In this document: positions 10,290 to 19,670 of the stretch, piece after piece
Layout: every line of letters begins with the position of its first letter
Numbering within the stretch: the stretch's first letter is position 1
Origin: Candidatus Nezhaarchaeota archaeon
GTDB taxonomy: Archaea > Thermoproteota > Methanomethylicia > Nezhaarchaeales > WYZ-LMO8
DNA length: 64,000 nucleotides
Assembly: GCA_025059375.1 (NCBI GenBank)
Contig: JANXDO010000001.1
Coordinates: 44,575 to 108,574, forward strand
Direction of reading: 5' to 3'
Notes under the pieces: model-generated
Databases searched by the model: none
What the model saw: the letters and a program-made list of their open reading frames with translations, nothing else
What the model was told of the DNA's origin: nothing
Translations under genes and position numbers: made by a program

Positions 10290-10793
10290 ATGTCGCAACT
10301 AAGGATAAGTGAGGAGCTTTATCCACGCTTGACGGTATTAATAACAACATGTAGCAGTGATGGAAGGTTTAACGTGGCTACCTTCTCGTTCATCATGCCA
10401 GTCTCCTTTGAACCCAAGTATCTGGCCTTCTCGGTATCGCCTCATAGACAAACATTCAAGAACTTAAATGAAATTAAGGAGTTTGTTGTCAACATTCCAA
10501 CTGAAGATATGCTTGACAAGGTTTGGATATGTGGGACAAAGTCGGGGCGTGATGTTAATAAGTTTGAGCTAGCTAAGCTGGAGATCATTGATAGTAGAAA
10601 GGTTAAACCACCAAGAATAAAGAACTGTCCAATACAATTGGAGTGCAAGGTAGAGTTCATGAAGGAGTTCGGAGATCACTACATCGTAGTTGGAAGGGTC
10701 GTTGAAGAACACATCGATAGGATGGACTTCAAACCATTACTTCATCACTCTGGGAGACAGTTTTACAGGTTGGGCGAGAAAGTAGTAAAGTAG
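10290..10793 (+). CDS. flavin reductase-like FMN-binding domain protein
   Basis: Split-barrel flavin reductase blocks (LITTCSSDGRFNVATFSF, PRIKNCPIQLECKV). ATG 10290 is preferred over the track start at 10224. Confidence 0.75.
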   Translation: MSQLRISEELYPRLTVLITTCSSDGRFNVATFSFIMPVSFEPKYLAFSVSPHRQTFKNLNEIKEFVVNIPTEDMLDKVWICGTKSGRDVNKFELAKLEIIDSRKVKPPRIKNCPIQLECKVEFMKEFGDHYIVVGRVVEEHIDRMDFKPLLHHSGRQFYRLGEKVVK

Positions 10794-10987
10794 AATCTAA
10801 GCGGGTCGAGGACAAGGGCTTAAAGTTCAACGTCATTTGCAATCCTAAGGGATACTTCGAGGCATAACGCCACGTCAACCATAGAGAGCTGAAGACCTTA
10901 TTCTTAAGAATTTATTACCATTGCGAATTCACTTCTCACATGCTGAGAAGACCACAAGGCTATCACTAAACGTCTCGTGAATAAACC

Positions 10988-10995
10988 TTTTAAAA
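10988..10995 (+). promoter_or_regulatory. TATA-box-like element upstream of tRNA-Lys
   Basis: TTTTAAAA centred about 25 nt upstream of the first tRNA nucleotide, matching archaeal promoter spacing. Confidence 0.5.
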
Positions 10996-11016
10996 GAGAG
11001 CGTAAAGCCTAAACAT

Positions 11017-11090
11017 GGGCCCGTAGCTCAGCACGGTAGAGCGCCCGGCTCTTAACCGGGTGGTCGCGGGTTCAAATCCCGCCGGGCCCG
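11017..11090 (+). tRNA. tRNA-Lys (anticodon CUU), no encoded CCA, no intron
   Basis: Cloverleaf read by eye. Acceptor GGGCCCG/CGGGCCC, D arm GCTC..GAGC, anticodon stem CCCGG/CCGGG with loop CTCTTAA, T arm GCGGG-TTCAAAT-CCCGC, discriminator G. Confidence 0.93.
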
Positions 11091-11285
11091 CTCATAAAAG
11101 ATGAGTCTGCACCTTCCTATACTAGTTGAAGAGAGACCTAAGAGCAGCTTATGACCAATAATCCAGGGATTTACTTTATAGAAGCAGGACCTTCATCTTA
11201 AATCGGGCAATCTTTATTTTATTCTCTTCTCCACCTTTAATGGAAAAACGGATAATTGAAGTACCATGGTGTGAAGTGAGGAATC

Positions 11286-12881
11286 ATGGTAAGATTACCG
11301 GTAAATGAAATCTTAACCAAATCGAAAGAGAACTTCATTGAATCATGGATAACCTATGGGAAACTCATACCTGAGAGGAGAATTAAGCCCAAGAACATTT
11401 TGAATTATGGTGTTGGCAAGCCTCATCCGGTTTTTGAGACTTGTCAAAGACTACGACAAATATTTCTAAACTTAGGGTTCGAAGAAATTGTCAACCCACT
11501 AATTGTTGAGGATGAGGAAGTAAGGAAGCAGTATGGACCCGAAGCGCTTGCAATACTCGATAGATGCTATTACCTGGCTGTGCTACCTCGACCAGATGTC
11601 GGATTAGGCAAGGAGAAGATAGAGCAATTGAAGAGCCATGGAGTTGATGTGACTTCAGAGAAAATTCAAAACTTACAACAACTTCTTCACAACTATAAGA
11701 AGGGTCAGGTTTCAGGTGATGACCTGATAGAAGAGTTGAGCAAAGTGCTTGATGTCGATGACGTCACAGCCACAAAGATACTCTCTGAAGTCTTCCCAGA
11801 GTTTAAGGAGCTTAAACCTAAACCAACAAACCTCACATTAAGATCCCACATGACGACAGCTTGGTTTCTCACGATAGCGACTCTACAACATAAGAGACCT
11901 AAGCCAATAAAGCTATTCTCTGTTGATGTTAGAGTTCGAAGAGAACAGCAGGAGGATGCTAAACACCTTAGAACTCATAGAGCTGCTTCATGTGTTGTAA
12001 TAGATGAGGACGTCATTGCAGATGATGGTAGGGACATATCTCAAGTAGTGCTTGAAAGCTTGGGGTTTAAAGAGTTAAAGATAATAAAGAAGCAAGTTAC
12101 AGCAAAGTACTATGCGCCTGGAACGGAACATGAGGTCTATGTGAGGGCAAATGATGAGTGGATTGAAGTAGCCAACTATGGAATCTATAGCCCAGTAGCC
12201 TTAGCTAACTACGAGATTGAGTACCCTGTTTTAAATGTGGGATTTGGCGTCGAAAGGATAGCAATGATACTCTACGGTTATAGGGACGTTAGGGAGCTCG
12301 TTTATCCCCAGTTCTACGGTAAGTGGTCTCTAAACGACTACGAAATAGCAAAGCTCATATTCATTCAACGCATACCCTCGACTCAAGCTGGTTGGGAAAT
12401 TGCTAGGGCAATAACCAGTGGTGTCGAAGTGCATGCCAACGCATCAAGCCCATGCGAGTTTAAAGTTTACGAAGGAACGTTATTAAATAGACACATCAAG
12501 GTTTACCTGTACGAAAAGGATCCTGGCGTCAAGCTTGCGGGTCCAGCAGCCTTTAATGAGATAGTTGTATACAATGGCAACGTATTGGGAATACCTCCAA
12601 CTCGCTCGATAAGTGATCCATTGATCGACGAAGCTAGGTCCAAAGGTTGTAGAACCGGAATAAGGTACGTAGATGCTTTTGCAGCGCTAGCTGCCTCAAG
12701 GGTAGAAGCTGCATGCATAGCGGGTGCGAATGAGGTTGACGTCAAGGTAAAAATGGTGAAGCTTCCGAGCGACATTAACATAGAGATAGATGACGTTGCT
12801 AGGAGGTTTATAGTTGAAAATAAAAAAATTATAGATGTGAGAGGGCCTGTCTTTCTTGCAGTTAAAGCAACGTTGTCTTAA
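11286..12881 (+). CDS. sepS: O-phosphoserine--tRNA(Cys) ligase (SepRS)
   Basis: 531 aa. Class II PheRS-like core with LRSHMTTAWF, YYAPGTEHEVY and NVGFGVERIAM blocks characteristic of SepRS. Confidence 0.85.
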   Translation: MVRLPVNEILTKSKENFIESWITYGKLIPERRIKPKNILNYGVGKPHPVFETCQRLRQIFLNLGFEEIVNPLIVEDEEVRKQYGPEALAILDRCYYLAVLPRPDVGLGKEKIEQLKSHGVDVTSEKIQNLQQLLHNYKKGQVSGDDLIEELSKVLDVDDVTATKILSEVFPEFKELKPKPTNLTLRSHMTTAWFLTIATLQHKRPKPIKLFSVDVRVRREQQEDAKHLRTHRAASCVVIDEDVIADDGRDISQVVLESLGFKELKIIKKQVTAKYYAPGTEHEVYVRANDEWIEVANYGIYSPVALANYEIEYPVLNVGFGVERIAMILYGYRDVRELVYPQFYGKWSLNDYEIAKLIFIQRIPSTQAGWEIARAITSGVEVHANASSPCEFKVYEGTLLNRHIKVYLYEKDPGVKLAGPAAFNEIVVYNGNVLGIPPTRSISDPLIDEARSKGCRTGIRYVDAFAALAASRVEAACIAGANEVDVKVKMVKLPSDINIEIDDVARRFIVENKKIIDVRGPVFLAVKATLS

Positions 12882-12895
12882 GGGTAGTTGAATGC

Positions 12896-13588
12896 ATGAG
12901 GTATAAAGTCCCTGAGGGCTTCTCGATTGATAGGGCTGAACGAGCTCAGAGAATGTTGGCACTTAAGGTCAAGATTTACGATGACTTTGAAAAGCCAATT
13001 AGACTTGTTGGAGGAGCCGACGTAGCTTGGAGAGGTGATTACGCTATCGGGTGCGTGACCGTACACGAATACCCTTCACTAACCATCATTAATAGGTCCA
13101 TAGCTGTAACAAAGTCATCATTTCCCTATATACCCACCTTCCTATCTTTTAGAGAGATAAAGCCATTAGTGGCTGCTCTAGCTGGACTCAAAGTTAAACC
13201 AACAATACTATTCGTTAATGGACAGGGTATAGCTCATCCTCGAAGACTAGGTCTGGCATCTCACCTTGGCTTAGTAACGGCCATCCCAACAATAGGTGTA
13301 GCCCAAAAAGTGCTCTACGGCAGGCCTCGAGAACCATTAAGGGGCATAGGCTATGTAGAGCTCCTAGACGAGACGAGTGGAGAGGTCATAGGCTACCTGT
13401 ATAGGGGCAATGAACGCTTTAAGCCCATATGCATAAGTGTTGGTCACAAGGTTAGCTTAGAAACCTCTTTAAAGTTAACAACTTCTTGTAGTATGAGGGA
13501 GGTTAAGCTACCCATACCACTCCACACCGCTCATTTAGAAGCAACGAAGGAGGCGAAGAAGCTTGATGTCAAACGACTTGGACATTAA
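12896..13588 (+). CDS. nfi: endonuclease V
   Basis: GGADVA, YIPTFLSFRE and GQGIAHPRRLGLASHLG blocks. Confidence 0.9.
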   Translation: MRYKVPEGFSIDRAERAQRMLALKVKIYDDFEKPIRLVGGADVAWRGDYAIGCVTVHEYPSLTIINRSIAVTKSSFPYIPTFLSFREIKPLVAALAGLKVKPTILFVNGQGIAHPRRLGLASHLGLVTAIPTIGVAQKVLYGRPREPLRGIGYVELLDETSGEVIGYLYRGNERFKPICISVGHKVSLETSLKLTTSCSMREVKLPIPLHTAHLEATKEAKKLDVKRLGH

Positions 13589-14285
13589 GAACATAAATTT
13601 AGCTAGTGTAGATGCAGAGTTATGGTTTTCACTTCTTCACTTAGCCAAGCATGGAGCTTTAAGGCAGGGCATCTTCGTAAGTACTCCAAAGCTAGCTAAG
13701 GAACTCCAAGTCTCACAGCAAACAGCCTCACGAAGAATACTCAAGCTTGAATCTCGGGGATACATAAAAAGAAGTGTCACAAGAAAAGGGCAGATAGTAG
13801 TCATAACCGAAAAGGGTGCAGATTTACTTAAAGCGGTCTACGCGATGCTTCACGACGTAATAAGTGAGGGTCTCAAGGGCGTAGTAATAACAGGTGAGGT
13901 TTTTACAGGATTAGGTGAGGGAGCCTACTACATGAGCCTCGAAGGGTATCGCACGCAGATAATAGAAAAGCTGGGTTTCAATCCCTACCCTGGAACTTTA
14001 AACCTTAAGCTAACAGAACCATCAGATCTTTACTTCAGAGAGCTACTGTCCCACAAGAGCGGTATACTAATAAAAGGCTTTAGTGATGGCAAGAGGACAT
14101 ACGGATCAGTAAAAGCATTCAGGGCAAAAGTTAGAGGCATAGATGCAGCTGTACTGCTAATAGAGAGGACACACTATGGAAGAGACACACTAGAGGTCAT
14201 AGCGCCAGTAAATCTACGAGAAGCACTAAAGTTAAAGGATGGAGATAGAATCCCTGTCGAAGTTCAGTTTACTCAACCCTACTGA
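13566..14285 (+). CDS. ribK: CTP-dependent riboflavin kinase with N-terminal winged-helix DNA-binding domain
   Basis: N-terminal HTH (LAKELQVSQQTASRRILKLESRGYI). C-terminal archaeal RibK blocks (GEGAYYM, YPGTLNLKL). Confidence 0.8.
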   Translation: MSNDLDIKNINLASVDAELWFSLLHLAKHGALRQGIFVSTPKLAKELQVSQQTASRRILKLESRGYIKRSVTRKGQIVVITEKGADLLKAVYAMLHDVISEGLKGVVITGEVFTGLGEGAYYMSLEGYRTQIIEKLGFNPYPGTLNLKLTEPSDLYFRELLSHKSGILIKGFSDGKRTYGSVKAFRAKVRGIDAAVLLIERTHYGRDTLEVIAPVNLREALKLKDGDRIPVEVQFTQPY

Positions 14286-14299
14286 TCCATAGATTAAAC

Positions 14300-14307
14300 T
14301 TAATAAA
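14300..14307 (+). promoter_or_regulatory. TATA-box-like element upstream of SRP RNA
   Basis: TTAATAAA centred about 24 nt upstream of the first nucleotide of the GC-rich RNA. Confidence 0.5.
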
Positions 14308-14327
14308 TCGCTTACCCATTTGTTAAT

Positions 14328-14648
14328 GGGCACGGCGGGCAGGCCCGGGGGGCTCGGCCTCCCCTGTAACCGCAAACGGCCGACATGGCGGGGGCAGTAA
14401 CCCGACAAGCGGCTCGGCCTGCTTAGAGGGAACTTCAGCTCTAAGCCATGACGCTCTGCCCCATGGAGGCGCCGTAGGGGGTAGCTCCCCCGTAGGGGGG
14501 ATGCAAATCCCCTCACTGGCCGAACCAGGTTAGGCCCGGGAGGGAGCGGCCTTAAGGCCAGGCGGCGTCGTTCATGGGTTAACGGGGCTGAGTGAAGGCT
14601 GAAGGGAACCTAAGTGGGCTGAGCCCATTGTCGGGGGCCGCCGTGCCC
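14328..14648 (+). ncRNA. signal recognition particle RNA (archaeal 7S RNA)
   Basis: A GC-rich segment of about 320 nt in AT-rich context. The termini pair (GGGCACGGCGG ... CCGCCGTGCCC). The helix-8 motif ACCAGGTTAGGCCCGGGAGGGAGCGGCC matches the universally conserved SRP domain IV in the plus orientation. Confidence 0.88.
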
Positions 14649-14697
14649 ATTAAGCTTAAAAGGTTAACTTTACAAGGTTCTACAAAATCTTCCAGGT

Positions 14698-15849
14698 TTG
14701 GAGTGTGAGCTATTGAGTCAGCTGATCATGGGGCTCATCTTGTTCTTGGTAGTTTGGGGCATAATAGCGATAATGTATAAGAGTCTTAATCTAAGCAAGC
14801 GAGGTATCTCTCTAAAGCCATTCATATTTATCGCTAGGTCAAAGAGCATTGCTTCTAAGCTTGAAAAAGTAGGCTTATCAATCTCAAAGCCCTGGAGCAT
14901 ATGCATGAACATTGGGGTGGTTATAGTAGGCGCCCTCATGGTATACGCATTCTACATACTTGCATCAAACCTAATGGTCATAGCAACTGATGCAGCTCAA
15001 GCCGGCTTATACGTTATCATACCGGGCTTAACCATTGGGTGGCATGCAGCTCCATACTTCCTGCTCGCTGCTGCTATAACGATAGTCGTCCATGAAGTCT
15101 TTCACGCTATAACTTTTGGAAGCGAGAGAGTGCCGATTAAGAGCTTTGGCATCTTTCTCGCGGTAGTGCTACCAGGTGGATTTGTTGAAGCGAGCGAAGA
15201 AGCTTTCAAAGCGAGAAAGGCGCTGCCAAAGATGAGGATCTATGCCTCAGGATCATTCTCAAACTTCATGGTCTTCTTATTGGCTACTGCAATCATGGTC
15301 TTAACAATCTCCCCAACACCTAGTGGAGTGCTAATCCTCAACACCATAGAGGGTTACCCTGCACATGAAGTACTAAAGAGTTGGGATGTTATAGTCTCTA
15401 TAAACAGCCTCAACATACACAACAGAACTGACCTAGATAGAGTCCTAAGCTCCATCCCCCCAGGATCAAACATAAGCGTTAGTGTCTTGCGTGGCGATAA
15501 GATCATAACCACCTTCCTAGTAACAGCATCAAACCCAATAGATGAGACGAAGTCCTTCATGGGTGTTGAAATCCTAGACTACCATCCATCAAGCATACCT
15601 TGGCTCAAAGGCGAAGTATATTGGCACTGGATTTTAAGCCTTGATTGGCTTAGGTTAATATCAATCAGTGTCGCCATGATAAACATGCTTCCAATACCTC
15701 TACTCGACGGCTCAGGCTTCATGAGGGCAATCATTGAGGGGTTGCTTAAGGATAAAAAACGCTTAAATGACATACTGATGAGCATACTCAGCTCAATATC
15801 ACTGTTCTTGTTGCTAGCTAACATAATGATCCCAATGATAAGACCTTGA
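14698..15849 (+). CDS. site-2 protease family (M50) membrane metalloprotease with PDZ domain
   Basis: HEVFHAITFG (HExxH), multiple TM segments, and the NMLPIPLLDG motif. Confidence 0.85.
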   Translation: MECELLSQLIMGLILFLVVWGIIAIMYKSLNLSKRGISLKPFIFIARSKSIASKLEKVGLSISKPWSICMNIGVVIVGALMVYAFYILASNLMVIATDAAQAGLYVIIPGLTIGWHAAPYFLLAAAITIVVHEVFHAITFGSERVPIKSFGIFLAVVLPGGFVEASEEAFKARKALPKMRIYASGSFSNFMVFLLATAIMVLTISPTPSGVLILNTIEGYPAHEVLKSWDVIVSINSLNIHNRTDLDRVLSSIPPGSNISVSVLRGDKIITTFLVTASNPIDETKSFMGVEILDYHPSSIPWLKGEVYWHWILSLDWLRLISISVAMINMLPIPLLDGSGFMRAIIEGLLKDKKRLNDILMSILSSISLFLLLANIMIPMIRP

Positions 15850-16787
15850 GGTTGATGACCTTGCAGTGTGTGAAGTGCAATTCAAGAGCCGTGTACTACT
15901 CAATTCACTCAGGACACTATTTCTGCGCTAAATGCTTCATGAGAAGTATTGAGAATAGAGTAAGAGCAACCATAAATCGATATAAGCTCCTTGACCCGAA
16001 CGATAGGGTTTTGATAGCCATCTCTGGAGGTAAGGATAGCCAGGTACTGACAACGATATTGACAAAGATAGAAAGAAAGTTTCCCGAAGTTGAGCTTATG
16101 GCTTTAACAATTGATGAGGGAATACCAGAGTATAGGGACTTCGGGCTAAAGAGGAGTAGAGAACTCTGTGCTGAGTTTGGCATACCATTAACTACCACGT
16201 CGTTCAAAGAGCTATTCGGCTACTCCCTACCAGAAATAGTGTCGTTATCTCAAGAGAAGGGGTTGGAGTTTAAGGCATGTACATTCTGCGGCATACTTAG
16301 GAGGAGAGCAATGAATATCAAGGCTAAGGAGCTAGGCGCCACTAAAGTGGCCACCGGGCACAACTTAGATGACGAGGCGCAGACAGCGTTAATGAATCTT
16401 CTTAGAGGTGATGCGGTAAGGCTATTACGCTTAGGACCAATGCCGATTGAACACTTCTCAGGCTTCATTCCTAGAGTAAAGCCTCTACGTTACATACCAG
16501 AGAAGGAGACAACACTCTACGCCTACTTTAAGGGGTACCCACTGTACGAGATTGAATGCCCCTACGTTAGGGAGTCCATGAGAGACGAAATAAGGTCAAT
16601 GCTAAATGAGCTAGAGGCAAGGCATCCCGGAACAAAATATGCGATAGTTAGAGCAACAGACAAGCTAGCCTCAATAGGCCTTAACTTAAAGATTCAAGTG
16701 AAGTCTTGTAAGTACTGCGGTGAACCAACATCAAGGGATGTTTGTAGAGTTTGCGAGCTATTAGAGGCAATAGGTGTCACGGCTTGA
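15846..16787 (+). CDS. PP-loop ATPase, tRNA 2-thiolation protein (TtuA/NcsA/Ctu1 family)
   Basis: SGGKDS PP-loop. N-terminal CxxC...CxxC and C-terminal CKYC...CRVC zinc/Fe-S cysteine pairs, plus GHNLDDEAQT. Confidence 0.8.
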   Translation: MRLMTLQCVKCNSRAVYYSIHSGHYFCAKCFMRSIENRVRATINRYKLLDPNDRVLIAISGGKDSQVLTTILTKIERKFPEVELMALTIDEGIPEYRDFGLKRSRELCAEFGIPLTTTSFKELFGYSLPEIVSLSQEKGLEFKACTFCGILRRRAMNIKAKELGATKVATGHNLDDEAQTALMNLLRGDAVRLLRLGPMPIEHFSGFIPRVKPLRYIPEKETTLYAYFKGYPLYEIECPYVRESMRDEIRSMLNELEARHPGTKYAIVRATDKLASIGLNLKIQVKSCKYCGEPTSRDVCRVCELLEAIGVTA

Positions 16788-17854
16788 AGGCGACAAAATA
16801 CCTATCGTACTACGTTGGCGAGTTACCTAAAGGCTGTAGCTTATGCATGAATGGAATGAAGGTCACATACTTTGCAACAGGTCTCTGTACAAGATCCTGC
16901 TTCTATTGCCCTCTATCTAGGGAGAGAAGGGGCAAGGACGTTACGTACGCTGATGAAGTTCCAGTGAGAGATATCGAGGATGTAATTAATGAGGCGAGGT
17001 TAGTAAACGCAAAGGGCATTGGCGTGACGGGTGGAGACCCGCTATTAAGAGTTAAAAGAGTTGTAGAGACCATTAAGGTTCTAAGAGATGAGTTCTCCAA
17101 TAAACTTCACGTACACCTATACACAACAACTCAGCCTCACGTCAACTACACGACGCTAAAAAAATTAGTTGAAGCTAGGGTGGATGAGCTCCGCTTTCAT
17201 CCGAACTTAGAGCAGGATGATCCTTTAAACCCGGTAAAGCTTGCAGTTGAGATGGGCTTTAATACCGGCATTGAAATCCCATCGCTACCAGGCTATGAAG
17301 ATAGAATAGTTAAAATTTTAGATAGAGCTAGAAGGCTTGATGTAGCCTTCGTTGTAATAAATGAACTCGAAATGACGGAGTACAACGCAGTAATGCTTCA
17401 GATAAAGGGTTACAGACTAAAGGCCGGCTCACCATCAGCTGTTGAAGGTAGCTGGGAGGTCGCCATGTCCCTACTAAGAGTAGTCGAGGACATGGGGCTT
17501 AGCGGTCACTTCTGCCCGGCCTACATTAAGGACTCGGCTCAATTCAGAAATAGACTTAAAAGAAAAGCCAAGAACTTAGTAATGCCTCATGAAACCATAA
17601 CCCCTGACCCCCTTTTAGTCAAAGGGATGATAAAGCCGCCCGAAGGTATGGGTATTGAGGAAGCCTTCAAGATTGTCAAGCAGTTAATGCCAACTGAGTA
17701 CATACACTTAAATATCGAGAAGAAAAGGATCGAATGTAACTATAGGAAGTTGAAGGCTAAAGCAAAGATACTCAAAGAGATAGGCTTTAGCCTCAGTATC
17801 GTAGGTGAGATGCCAACAAGCTTTAGGGAGCAAGTATTCTTAAAGCCAATTTAA
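16784..17854 (+). CDS. radical SAM protein (activase-like)
   Basis: Canonical CTRSCFYC (CX3CX2C). The TTG at 16784 overlaps the upstream TGA as TTGA, and is preferred over the longer track ORF starting at 16751. Confidence 0.75.
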   Translation: MKATKYLSYYVGELPKGCSLCMNGMKVTYFATGLCTRSCFYCPLSRERRGKDVTYADEVPVRDIEDVINEARLVNAKGIGVTGGDPLLRVKRVVETIKVLRDEFSNKLHVHLYTTTQPHVNYTTLKKLVEARVDELRFHPNLEQDDPLNPVKLAVEMGFNTGIEIPSLPGYEDRIVKILDRARRLDVAFVVINELEMTEYNAVMLQIKGYRLKAGSPSAVEGSWEVAMSLLRVVEDMGLSGHFCPAYIKDSAQFRNRLKRKAKNLVMPHETITPDPLLVKGMIKPPEGMGIEEAFKIVKQLMPTEYIHLNIEKKRIECNYRKLKAKAKILKEIGFSLSIVGEMPTSFREQVFLKPI

Positions 17855-17855
17855 G

Positions 17856-18692
17856 TTAAAGTCCAACTTCTTCTTCAGACTTCTCCTTAACTCTCAAGAT
17901 TCTCTCAGTCACCTTGCGTGGCAGTACTACATCCTCTTTACGCATTTGAGTAGGTCCTATAACAACGAGCCCCTTACCATCAACTATGTCTATCTCGTAC
18001 ATCCTCTTATCGTGGGGGGTCCACCTCATTTTCTCAATCATTATGAAGCGCTTTAAAACCCCTCCTGAAATGCTCTTCCTAAACCTGATGATACCATCGG
18101 CCACATGCTCAACACCAAAGCCAAATGCCTCTGATGTCGTAATGGCGTATTGGCTAGTCATTAGTATTGTTAAATCCCACTGAGTTAAAACCCTCTTAAT
18201 GAAGTAACTATGCTTCCTCGCCATTGCTGGGGCGTCGAGCCAAAATGCTGATAGGGAGTCTATAACAAGCCTCGTTGGTCCATAGCCTAAGTACTTCTTG
18301 GCTTCTATGACCTTCTCAACAAGCTCTTCAGGGTTCAGTGAAGTTAAAGTCCAAGGTGCTTTATCACTCTTCATGAGCGCATCAATGATTATAAGCCTCT
18401 TGCTATCCTCCCCCTCCTTAAAGTTAAAGCCGAATTGAGAGGCTTGGACCATTATTGAACTCCTGCTCTCCTCAGTCGTTACGAATATCCCTTTCTCCCC
18501 CCTCTTTAAGCCCTCAGCTATGAAGTGAATGCAGAAGACAGTTTTCCCGGTACCTGGCTCACCAGTTAAAGCAACGGCGAACCCTCTAGGTATCCCTCCA
18601 GCTAGCATTTCATCAATCTTAGGTATCCCGGTTGAGACCCTCTCGATCTTCACGGGCGTAGCCATCTCAATACAACTGCTTCGAAGCAGCAT
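17856..18692 (-). CDS. KaiC-like RecA-superfamily ATPase (single domain)
   Basis: Walker A GEPGTGKT, Walker B LVIDSL, KaiC/RadA-like layout. The true start may be the internal Met at 18665. Confidence 0.85.
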   Translation of the reverse strand: MLLRSSCIEMATPVKIERVSTGIPKIDEMLAGGIPRGFAVALTGEPGTGKTVFCIHFIAEGLKRGEKGIFVTTEESRSSIMVQASQFGFNFKEGEDSKRLIIIDALMKSDKAPWTLTSLNPEELVEKVIEAKKYLGYGPTRLVIDSLSAFWLDAPAMARKHSYFIKRVLTQWDLTILMTSQYAITTSEAFGFGVEHVADGIIRFRKSISGGVLKRFIMIEKMRWTPHDKRMYEIDIVDGKGLVVIGPTQMRKEDVVLPRKVTERILRVKEKSEEEVGL

Positions 18693-18775
18693 AATTAATG
18701 TTTAGCAGTTAAGGGGTCATCTAGCTTTGAGAGAAGGTTTATCTAATACCCCTCAACGTAGAGGGTGGTGGGATC

Positions 18776-19648
18776 GTGATACTTCGCATAGCTGCCTTAA
18801 TGACGGTTCTAACCTTACTATTTGCTGCTGTAGGATACGCCATAGGCTCTGTCGTAGGCGACCCCCTATTTTACACAATAATAGCTGCCATCATAGCAGC
18901 AATATTCAATGTAACAGCCTTCCTCTTCTCCGACAGGTTCGTCTTAGCGGCCACGGGGGCCAGGCTCGTAACTCCAAATGAAGCACCTAAGCTACACGCC
19001 ATAGTCGAGAGGGTTGCTAAGAGTGCTGGGATACCTAAGCCGAAGGTAGCGATCATAAATAAGGATGTACCAAACGCTTTTGCAACGGGCAGAAGCCCTA
19101 ATCGCGGTGTCGTAGCAGTTACAGAAGGCTTGCTTCGATCCCTCTCTGACGACGAAATAGAAGCAGTGATAGGTCACGAGATAGCGCACATAAAGCACAG
19201 AGACACTTTGATAATGACGCTTGCTGCAACAATAGCTGGAGCAATAGCTTATCTTGCCTTCATTGGTAGATGGGCTTTAATGTTTGGCGGTGGGAGTAGA
19301 GATCGTGGTGCTGGAGCTTCTCTGCTAGCGCTCATAGCATTGATAGTGGCGCCAATAGCGGCATCCCTCGTCCAACTTGCCATATCGAGAGCTGGTGAGT
19401 ACAGAGCTGATGAAGGTGCAGCACATGTAACTAGGAAGCCCCTCTCATTAGCTCGCGCCCTCTCAAAAATAGAAATGATTGTGAGGAGGAGGCCCATGTC
19501 TGACGCTATGCCTTCAACAGCACCATTATGGATAGTAAACCCCATAAGAGGAGACGCTATAGCAGAACTCTTCTCCACACACCCACCAACTGAGAAGAGG
19601 ATAGCGAGACTCAAGAAGATAGCTGAGCAAACGGGCTCCCTCTCCTAG
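18776..19648 (+). CDS. htpX: zinc metalloprotease HtpX (M48)
   Basis: HEIAHIKHRD, four TM segments, and a C-terminal STHPPTEKRI block. Confidence 0.9.
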   Translation: MILRIAALMTVLTLLFAAVGYAIGSVVGDPLFYTIIAAIIAAIFNVTAFLFSDRFVLAATGARLVTPNEAPKLHAIVERVAKSAGIPKPKVAIINKDVPNAFATGRSPNRGVVAVTEGLLRSLSDDEIEAVIGHEIAHIKHRDTLIMTLAATIAGAIAYLAFIGRWALMFGGGSRDRGAGASLLALIALIVAPIAASLVQLAISRAGEYRADEGAAHVTRKPLSLARALSKIEMIVRRRPMSDAMPSTAPLWIVNPIRGDAIAELFSTHPPTEKRIARLKKIAEQTGSLS

Positions 19649-19670
19649 ATGTAGAGAGCGCGATGAACGG

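Noticed and set aside
10794-11285. tRNA-Lys as a possible integration hotspot or mobile-element boundary.
   Set aside because: No integrase or transposase is present, I could not see a duplicated tRNA 3' segment nearby, and the flanking genes are housekeeping (flavin reductase, SepRS).
14232-14516. 94-aa minus-strand ORF rich in Arg/Gly/Pro/Leu.
   Set aside because: It sits inside the GC-rich SRP RNA gene. Its composition is what random translation of GC-rich RNA-coding DNA produces.
16751-16783. Upstream extension of the radical SAM ORF overlapping the thiolase gene by 37 nt.
   Set aside because: The extension encodes non-conserved-looking sequence (MRAIRGNRCHG). The TTGA start/stop overlap at 16784 gives the usual coupling geometry.
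18727-18981. 84-aa plus-strand ORF overlapping the htpX 5' region.
   Set aside because: It lies in an alternative frame of a motif-supported gene and has Cys/Arg/His-rich nonsense-like composition.
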